This document shows, in pieces, positions 54,205-64,000 of a stretch of DNA of 64,000 nucleotides (within the stretch, counting starts at the first letter, position 1; each line of letters starts with the position of its first letter). The stretch is taken from NCBI RefSeq assembly GCF_009914755.1, contig NC_060932.1; one strand, written 5' to 3'. Source of the stretch: the human T2T-CHM13v2.0 reference genome, Homo sapiens. Position numbers and translations under genes: made by a program. Below the pieces are notes generated by a model, which saw only the letters and a program-made list of their open reading frames with translations, was not told where the DNA came from and ran no database searches.

Positions 54205-55284
54205 TTACTTCTTGGAGCCTACTAGATGTTCAATATATAATTGTTGAGTTTACAGAATTATAGTAATGGAAGGGCATAAGTTTATCTGTTTCCCCTTTTA
54301 GAGAGCTCTCTCTAACTCATCTGATGGTGCAGTCCAGATGGTATATCTCTAGGAATTCATTGTTTCCACTATGTTGGGCCAATAAATTATGCCAGCTACC
54401 ACATGGAGATGTTCAAGCTTCTGAAAGTACCAACCTCACATGAGCTTAGAAGCTGGCAGACACCTGGGAATGCTGAGATGTAACAGAATGTCCAATAATG
54501 TGAAGTGACGTCAGTGAATGCTTGGGAAGGTGCAAAACATAAATAGAATTCAAAACAGTAAGACAATAGTGTAGCAAAAGTGAGGTGACTTTAAGAACTT
54601 CAAAATGAGGTTAGTCTCTGAAGATAAAACTGCTAAAATCTATCCCTGAAATATGAGCCATTTATCAATGTTGACCAATCAGTTGTTAGAGTTTGGGGAA
54701 ATGCTCAAATTTTAATCAAAATACTTAGGGAATAGCCTCGAGGAAGCACAGATGATACTAGTCTACCTAAAACTGCATACACACAGCATCAGCTTGGCAC
54801 GTTAACATGAGCTAACTTATCAGAGAAAAACAAATTGATTTTTGGTAATTTGGCCAGAGCTGACACTTCATCAACTGCATTGACTCTCGTTGGAAGGAAA
54901 GGATGTGCAAGCATGGCGGGGATGATGGGCATGCCCGGGGATGACGGGCAGGCCATCCTAAAGGGAAACAGTGTATCAGCATTTACCAGCCCTGTCTTGA
55001 CTTTGGATCAGGAAGCAGAAGTATTCTGGTTAATAGAAAAAGTTGACTGTTGAGGGATAAGTGGAGTTTTCTGTATCATTCTTGCCTAGCTACAATCACT
55101 TTGGGTTAGAACTACCTCCCTTTGCTCTGATCCCTTTACTCAGAAATGTCCTGGGAAATGTAGAGAGGCCTTGTTTAATTTCCCATGGGAAGCCACATAT
55201 GAGGAACGAATATGACCCTGAGCACCAAGGTCTGGCTGCTCATCATGGTTATTAAGTAACATTTGTTAGTTATTCTGAGCAGTC

Positions 55285-55715
55285 ACTTACTGAGCTATAT
55301 TACTCAGGATAGGCCGAAAGTGCTGTTTCAAAAACCCTGAATCTCAGTGGTTTAACCCAATAAAAGTTTAGTGTTTTCCCTCACTTACGGTCATGCATGA
55401 GTCTTGGGTGGGAATGGATGAGGAAGCCCTAATCCACACATTCAACGAGGAACCTAGGCCTCTCTTATCCTTGACACCATCATCCCCCAGGTCCTCAGAG
55501 ATCTCTTATTTCAATTGATAGATTAATAAAGAGAGAAAGAATTGCACATAGAAGGTTTGCTGGGCCAGTTTGAATGGACATAAAATGCGTATTCACATTC
55601 CAATGGTGGGAAGTGATTCACATGGTCGCATCTAACTGCAAGAGAAATTGAGAAATACTTTCTGAGTACTCAGAAAAGAGAGCATAGAAATTGTCATGCC
55701 CTAATAATCTCTGCC
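55285..55715 (-). mobile_element. MLT1K-like LTR
   Basis: AATCTCAGTGGTTTAACCCAATAAAAGTTTA...TCACATTCCAATGG...CACATGGTCGCATCTAACTGCAAG...TCTCTGCC. Confidence 0.6.
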
Positions 55716-56189
55716 TGTTGTACTAAATGTTTTATATTAATTATATTATGTAATCCTTATCACATTCCTTAAACGGTGGTAGAATCAGAGTACTGTAATC
55801 TTACAGGAGAGGAAACAGAAGTATAGCTGGGATAAGTAACTCGCTGAAGAACAGGGAACTAATTGTATTTGAGCCAAAGCAAGGTTAGAACACATCTCTG
55901 GAGTTCCTGCTTTTAACCACTAAGATAAACTATATTTATTGTGGCAAATTAATATTAAAATATTAGCCTTCAGATTTATAAGTTTCAGGGCATTTACAAG
56001 ACAGTGAGTTTGAACTGGAAGACTAGATTCTAGAATACGGTGACCCTCCAAGGCACTTCCTCCTCTGAGGCCATGATGAATGTCCAGCCAAGCCTGCAGT
56101 ACATCCTGTCTGGACAAACTAAAACAAATAAGGATATGAGTTAAGAGTAAATGAGGACTTATCACCAAGCCAAGCTGAATTCTTCAAAT

Positions 56190-56372
56190 CTTACATGAGT
56201 TGAACTTTTTAAATCCCTACCACAACTCAATGAAATAGGTACTATTATGAAGATATTGCAACACAGAGAGATTAAGAAACTTGCCCAGGACCACACACTC
56301 AGAAAGGCCCGGAGCCAGAGTTAGATCCAAGGCAACTTCAGTTCTAGAATACGTTCTCTGGGCCACTATGTT
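56190..56372 (-). mobile_element. MIR SINE
   Basis: ATGAAATAGGTACTATTA...CACAGAGAGATTAAGAAACTTGCCCAGGACCACAC. Confidence 0.7.
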
Positions 56373-57503
56373 AAAGAAAAGTTCAACAAGGATGACATTA
56401 ACTCTGTTGGTATACTGTTTTCATCCACGGTGATTCCCATAATCACCCACATAGAATGAAAACTTGATGTAACTCATGTATCATCTCCTCTTCCAAGGAG
56501 GACAGGGCACTTCTTCACACAAAAAGGTACACGGGAAGTATTTATGAAACTAAAATTATTTAAGTTGTATTAAATTGAAGGTTGTAACATGGTGCCCTTT
56601 TTCCTTTCATCTATATCCATCTATATCCATAAAATTAAAGATAGCTAAGTATTTTATATAAATTATCTCATTTAATCCTCATAAAACTCACCAAGGATAT
56701 AATTTTACTTCCATTTAACAGGTCATAACACCAGGTTTTATCATAAAGAAACAAAGTCTGATAATATCTGACTTATATGTGAGAACAAACTTCCTAACAC
56801 TTTTATAATGATTTCTGAACATCTCTCTAAATGATGAGAAATATCCTACTCTGGCATTCCAAGAATATAGGCGGTTGAAAATTCAGGACTTTGCTTTCAC
56901 AATTCTATCTTTTTTACTTCCAGGGAAGTCATTTCCGTGAAGCACTGGTGTGAACAACAGTCACAAGTGGGAAGAGCAATGGAACAAGGAGGAGGAGGAA
57001 TGAAATGGTCCTATAATTTTAGAAAGAGTGTGAAAAAAAGAAGTTAGACTTCTAGGTTCTATTTCTGGCTCTGCTTCTGTTTTCAAGCCAGCCAGCCATC
57101 TTTCTACCTTTTTCTCCATTAATTGCCAAAGGTGGAGAAGAATATAGACTGAGTATGAAGCACCTTGTCATGCTTGGATGAAAGATCCTGTATTATGACG
57201 AGCGCAAAACCAGAATTGATCATGTTGTGAAATCCACACTGTGTTGTAATATATTGGTTTCAAGCTTTTCAGGAATACTTTTGCTCTGAATTCATAAGGT
57301 TAGAGAAGGCAAAATTGCATTTTAAGATGGGAATGCCAAAGATGGATGTAGCCCATTGAAAACAGGCAATGGCTTTGAGCAAAGCTAGCCCCACAATAAC
57401 TTGTAATGGTAGTGAAGTTTGTGATCCATCATATGATCTTTTCTTCCTGCCTTTTTTCTTCCTCATTAAATAACCCATTTCCCTAAGTACCAGTTTGTAT
57501 ATA

Positions 57504-58697
57504 TTATCTTTATTATTATTTGTATATGTGTAAGGAGCACAAATGCAATTTTACTACATGGATATATTGTGTAGTGGTGAAGTCTTAGTTTTTAGTATAT
57601 CCATCACCCAAATAATGTACATTGTAACCCATTAAGTAATTTTTTATCATCCACCCTCTACTCACCCCCCAACCCTTCTGAGTCTCCAATGTCTATCATT
57701 CCACACTCTATGTCCATTTGTACACATTATATAGCTCCCACTTATAAGTAAGACTATGTGGTACTTGTCTTTCTGTTTCTCAATTGTTTTACTTAAGATA
57801 ATGGCCTCCAGTTCCCTCCATGTTTCTGCAAAAGACATGATTTCATTTTCTATGTCCAAATAGTATTCTATTGTGTATATATACCACATCCAATCATCCA
57901 CTGATGGACACTTAGATTGATTCCATATCTTTGCTATTGTGAATAGTGCTGTAGTAAACGTATGACAACTGTAGGTATCTTTTTGACATAATGATTTCTC
58001 TTCATTTGGATATACACCTAGTAGTGAGATTGCAGGATAGAATGGTAATTCTATTTTTGGTTATTTGAGAAATCTCCATACTGTTTCCATAGAGGTTGTG
58101 CTAATTTACATTGCCAACAACAGTGTGTAAGTGTTCCCTTTTCTCCTCATCCTCCCCAACGTCTGTTATTCTTTGTCTTTTCAATAATAACCATTCTGAC
58201 TGCTGTAAGATGATATCCCATTGTGGTTTTAATTTGCATTTATCTGATGATTAGTGATGTTGAGCATTTTTTCATATGCTTGTTGGCCATTTGTATGTCT
58301 TCTTTTAAAAAGTGTCTATTCATATTCTTTCCCACTTTTTAATGGGATTATTTGGGAATTTTTTGTTGAGTTGCTTGAGTTCTTTGTAAATTCTGGACAT
58401 GGACCCCTATCAGATGCATAGTTTGGAAATATCTTTGCCCATTCTCTAGGTTATCCATTCACTCTGAGGATTATTTCTTTTGCTGTCCAGAAGCTTTTTA
58501 GTTCAATTAAGTCCCATTTGTCTATATTTGATTTTGTGGCATTTGCTTTTGAGGTCTTTGTCACTGAATTCTTTGCCTAGACTAATGTCCAGAAGAATTT
58601 TCTCTAGGTTTTCTCCTAGTATTTTTATAGTTTCAGGTCTTACGATTAAGTTTTTAATCTATCTTGAGTTGATTCTTGTATATGGTGAGTGACAGGT
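57504..58697 (-). mobile_element. 5'-truncated L1PB4-like element, about 1.2 kb
   Basis: ATGGATATATTGTGTAGTGGTGAAGTC 3'UTR, then continuous antisense ORF2 C-terminus to GTATATGGTGAG. Confidence 0.92.
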
Positions 58698-58944
58698 TAT
58701 CCCTCTCAAGAATACTGCGTATTCGAGGAAAAAGAATTCCAAGAAAGAAACTGTGTGGACAGCATTGTGGCCCATTAACTATCCTTCCAGTTTGATATTC
58801 ACATAAATATCCTCCTGTTGAGGGAGGATGGTAAAGGAGAAGTAGCGCTGAAGAATTCTGAGGTCCTTTTCAATATTGTGAAGTATTCTTTATCAATGAA
58901 GGACAGTTGTTGTTGCATTTAACTGATTAGGGCTTTCCCAATAC

Positions 58945-59002
58945 CCATCCTAAATTACTAGCAATAGCCATTCTAAATTACTAGCAATAGCCATCCTAAA
59001 TT
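58945..59002. repeat. 23-bp tandem repeat CCAT(C/T)CTAAATTACTAGCAATAG x2.5
   Basis: Read directly from the sequence. Confidence 0.92.
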
Positions 59003-59889
59003 GCATAGGTTGTGGTAGTTTTCATCCTGAGCACTGAAATTTCATGAGACATACTGCAAGTTTTTATGGAGAAGAGTGTGATCGTGGTGACATGCTTAGT
59101 GTGGGCGTGGGTCCATATGGTCTTGATCCAGCGATGTAGTTTTGACTATAGGCCATTTATTTGTCACAGAGTTCTAAGAATATCAGGTATCTCTTGAACT
59201 CCTCCTTCCTCCAACTTAAACAACTGGTCCAGGGCCATGTCAATACTGATGTCAATGTCAAGCGTAAATTACTTGTGATCTGTAAACAAATCTTTACAAT
59301 GCCAAAGCAGTGTCCTTCAGAAGTAGGAAGGTATCTCTTTTTCAAAATCTCTGTCATATATTGTCCCATATTTTTCCCAAACAGGACTTTCTCCTCAGGT
59401 CTCACTGGTAGAAATGGGTTCTTCAACCTCTACCAGACCCCTTTCCATCAGACATCAGTATGAATTTGTTGGTTTGTGTTCAGATACTCTGATGTTCTCC
59501 TCATGTTCTTCAACCCTCTTCCCTCTCACAAAAGGAGGCACATCATTCTCTTCTTAGAAGAAGTCCTCTTAATCTGATGTAAAGCACCTCAGATAAATAG
59601 AAGGCTAAAGGCTATTGTCTCTACCACTTCATAGATAAGCCCAGGCATCCTGAATCTCTTTTACACTCACCTGAGACCTCCCTCCTTCATCCTATTCACA
59701 AAAGTACAGATGACAGGCTCATACGGCTCAGCATCACAATGTCTTCCCAATCCTGTTTCATTAATTTCTAAAGAATTACACTAAAATAACAATCTTCAAA
59801 AAGTGCCTATGTCTAAGAACCTCTTTTAAAGTAACTTAATGTTTCTTTCTCTCATGCAACAGGTCTCTACTTTTAAAACTTATGTATGT

Positions 59890-60205
<316 letters not shown>

Positions 60206-61699
60206 GTATGTATGTGACTCTCTTAACAACTAAACCTCCTCTATTAGGAATCTTACTACTGTGTTACTTCATCTCAAATCTTTTAATAGTCTCCTGGTGA
60301 CTTTGAGAAGTATCATGAAGAAAACCTCTCCATTTTCACTCCACTTTGAAACTGGTCATGTCTTGGGAACTGACTCATTCTACTAACCATATAGCAAAGA
60401 GAAAAAACATAGTTCTTAGTTTAAAACATGAGCAGTTGTGTCACACATCTTTGTGTTTTGGTAAATTCATCATTAGAGAGAGAAAAAAACATCAGTGGAG
60501 TTTAAACCCTTTGTCTTGTTAAGTCACAAAAAATTCGTGGGCTAAATAAACCATGCAGTGTCAAGTTCATGCTGTTTCTATAATCTCATTATTTCTGGTT
60601 CCTCAATAAAAGCAGGGTACCAGTTATTCTAATTTCAAAGTGCCTCCCTACACTCTCACACAGAAAACCTTGGTTAAGAAATAAAAAGCATGCTGTCATT
60701 CAGGCACACATGAGGAGGTTAGTCATTTTGGTTCATTATTTCTAAATAACACAACAAGCCCCTGAAATTTTTGTAGTCTTCAAATGGTCCTGCAAATCGA
60801 TGTCGACCTTGCATGTTAGAATCATGATTGCCTGTTGTGTCTCTTTGATTATTTAGGGGAAAAAAAAGGTATTGAAATATATACTAATGGATTATTTAGG
60901 GAATTAGAGTGTAATGAACATGGGTTAACTTTAGTGCTTCAGAGCAGTATGAGAGCTACACGGTTACCAGCAAAGGATGGGAGCCTCCTGAAAGCTGGAA
61001 TGCTGCAAATATATCTCATCACCTTCAAATCCTGACCACTCTTTTTTTCACATGTATTAATTTAACAAATATTATTGAGTATTTAAAGTGTGCCATATTC
61101 TGCCTACATCTAATGGCAACAACAATAAAAAATCGTGATCCTTCCTCCAAAGCTCAAAAGCTACTAGAGACACTGATCTATAAAGGGATCATAATACTCA
61201 AATAATATAAAGGATATAAAGAATGAGGATAGAAAGTGCAATGGGAAGTCACCATATTAATAGATTAAAGAAAAAATTCTTAGCATCCTCTTCATAGGTG
61301 GTAAGAAGTCATGTGATGGCATTCAATCTCCTGGCCACAAAAGAGAAACCTTATTTCTCCTCACGAAATACAAGAAAACAAGCAGAGGAGCTTGTTTTCT
61401 TCCAGTAAGGTGGGCATATAACAATGCATGCTTATCCCCTTGTTCAATCAGCTACTGGTTTACTCTCTTCCCAGGACAGAGGGAGTAGCAAAGCTAATTG
61501 GTTAATTGTCATTCACTGAGCCTTGTCAAGGTAACCTCTTGCTTCTTTAGACATTTGGGCTCCAAGGCAGAAATGGTTCTTCTTTCTTCTCTGCTTCTTG
61601 TTTCAGCATGGGAAACTTTTCCGAAGAAGACCTTCCCTAATCCCATGGGTTAAAATTGTCTGCTCAATGACATATAGTTCTATGAGCTATATCACAGAG

Positions 61700-62175
61700 G
61701 GTGTTTCAGGTCTTTTGAATTTGATCTTAAAAGCAATAGGAAATCATTGAAGAATATTAAGCAGGGAAGAGACATGATCAGTTCTGTGTTTTCAAAAGTT
61801 CACCATAGCTGCCACATACTGAATGGTTTGCTAAGAGAGCAGTTCAGAGGCCTCTGCTGGGCCTTTTACAGGAGCGATGGATGGAGAAACAAGGATAGAT
61901 TCAGGATACAGTTTGGAGTTAGAACACACAGCTCTAAGTAATTGAAGAGTTGCAGAGGACAAGGGAAAGGAAACTGACAAGGATAATTTCCGAGTTTCTG
62001 TCTTGAGCAACTGCATGTATGGAGGTGTCCTTTTTTTGAGATGGGAAATTCTGCAGAAAGAGCGCATTCAGGAACCTGGAGGAGGATCAGGAACTCCCTT
62101 CTAGACAAGTTGAGATTTAGGAGATATATACAGAAGCTGCTAGCAGTCCAGTTGGATATTCGAGTCTATAGCACG

Positions 62176-62206
<31 letters not shown>

Positions 62207-62350
62207 TCTCTCTCTCTCTGTCTCTCACGAGATGACTGAGATGAAAATATAAATTTCAAATTTGTCAACATACATAGATGATATTTAAAGCCCTGAGTGT
62301 GAGGTGATCCCCTAGGGAGAAGAAAAAAATGAAAGGGGAAAAGAAAGAGA
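61700..62350 (-). mobile_element. L2 LINE fragment
   Basis: GCAATAGGAAATCATTGAAG...TAAGCAGGG...GACATGATC...TGAGCAACTG...GACAAGTTGAG...CAGTTGGATAT. Confidence 0.75.
62173..62226. repeat. Compound (CA)n(CT)n microsatellite
   Basis: Read directly from the sequence. Confidence 0.95.
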
Positions 62351-63454
62351 TTAAGAGAATGAGACATGGTTATGGCTATAATTAGCTACTGTTAACTGTC
62401 ACTGGGAAGGACTTGTCTTTGAGTACACAAAGAATAATGGGCAGACTTACTTTCCATTAAGATGATAGGATGAAGGTGTCAGGAATGTTTTCTATGATTT
62501 TTTCCAGGCCACCCCAGTAGTTGGCATCTCCTCCCCTCTCCCAATCCCAAATTTCATCCTCAAAGGTACAACACTATGGGATATAAGAAGCCTTGTTAAG
62601 TGATAGTAGAGGAATACTCTTTTTGATGTGTGTTATTTACTTCTAGGTATTAAGTTTTCTCCCCCAAGAGTGCCATCCGCGAATTTGTAGTGTTTGTATT
62701 CTCACTAGCTCTGTTAGCCCTGTTAACCAAGTGAAATCTCCATGTGAGAAGCCAGAGGGTAGCTATCAAATCCTACCATTCAGACACTTTATGGAAATGA
62801 ACTGAGTAGATTACAAAAGGAAGAGCCAAATGCCAAATACCATCCTCCCCACATCAGTCCCTAGGTTGACATTTAGGCAACAGCCTCTGAGTCTATGAGG
62901 TTTTCTGAGATTGTTCAGAAATCTAGCCAAGGTTACTAAAAACTTCAATTCAAGAGCCAGTGGGTCTTTGCCACTTACTTAGTGCTTCATGAATATGCAC
63001 TTCAGCATGTACCCCTTCCTGTTCTTTTTTTTCTCTTTCCTTTTCTCTGTGATTTTTATACATGATGCCCAGCTCACTATGGGTCCAGCACAAGGAAAAG
63101 AGGTATCAAGTGTGAGAAGAATATGTGACAGCTGGTGCCATAGAGCCCCCATCAAGGGGGAAAAAAAAAAAAAAACAGAATAAGACCAATTTCAGTTTTT
63201 CCTACAGTGCTTGGAAAATATTAGCTCACTTGTAAGCCAAATTTGGGTGTACTCATAGAAAGCATTTCAAGGCACAGAATTGTTATTTAGCTAAATGTGC
63301 CAAGTCAATTCACTCAAGGTTACAGTATAACCATCCATTTCTTCTTTACTCTTTCCTTTTATGTTTAATGACCCCTCTCAAAACGGGAGATGGTAGAAAA
63401 ATACACCCAACTTTTTGCTGTTCATGGTGCTAACACTCAGGGAATCTACTATGA

Positions 63455-63621
63455 CAGTCGTCCTCAAATTTTAATAGGTGTAAGAATCACCTGGAGCATT
63501 TGTTAAGATAGTTTTATGCACCCCTTCTGATTCAGCAGGTCAGATGAACTTGCATTTCTAACATGTCTGCAGGTGATGCTGATGCTGCTGGCCCTACAAC
63601 CATATTTTGAGAACCAATTTG
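63455..63621 (+). mobile_element. MER5A (hAT-Charlie MITE)
   Basis: AGAATCACCTGGAG...TTCTGATTCAG...TTGCATTTCTAACA...CAGGTGATGCTGATGCTGCTGG...TTTGAGAACCA. Confidence 0.85.
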
Positions 63622-63629
63622 TACTTGAT

Positions 63630-63833
63630 CTCCCAGAGGTCCCAGTGGAAATGAGCCCCAGTTGCTCACGTAGTAACCTACTCAGTAACTCACTCTTTCT
63701 TCACTTCTTTCCCTTCCCCGCGTGATGTTCCTATTCCTCTAACCAGTGTTTTCTGGGATCATCTCCCTAATAAACTATTTTCACTCAAATCTCAGGCTCA
63801 GTGGCCATTTCTGAAATTAATTCAAACCAAGAT
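63630..63833 (+). mobile_element. LTR16-family LTR 3' half
   Basis: CCCAGAGGTCCCAGTGG...GAGCCCCAGTTGC...CTGGGATCATCTCCCTAATAAACTA...CTCAAATC. Confidence 0.7.
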
Positions 63834-64000
63834 AAAGACAGAGCCACAGGGCAAATAAGCAAAAAGGAAAGCAATGGGAAACGTCTCAGCAGGAGGCTGC
63901 CCACGCTGCTGTGCAGAGCACTGCTGCAGCCTCAGGGCTCCTGGAAGTTTCAGCGGTATGCTCTCTGCAAGCCTCACTCCAGACTCAGTCTCAGGCCAGA

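Overview
This window is primate genomic DNA, almost certainly human because it carries a near-consensus AluYa5. It reads as intergenic or deep-intronic sequence: AT-rich, CpG-depleted and dense in interspersed repeats. These include about 20 Alu copies or fragments, L1PA/PB/M fragments, L2, MIR, CR1/L3 relics, MaLR/ERV1/ERVL solo LTRs and MER DNA-transposon MITEs. I find no credible protein-coding exon, RNA gene, CpG island or CRISPR array. The ORF track is explained by repeat read-through and chance. I cannot support a previously undescribed biological system here. The observations most worth follow-up are: (1) a very young AluYa5 lying tail-to-tail about 21 bp from an older Alu; (2) a roughly 1 kb relic of CR1/L3 ORF2 with a largely open frame; (3) a perfect DR1 nuclear-receptor element; (4) several structurally aberrant retro-insertions; (5) a non-repeat stretch with a nearly open 260-codon frame. 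Repeat family names come from recalled consensus sequences, not a search, and boundaries of old repeats are approximate.
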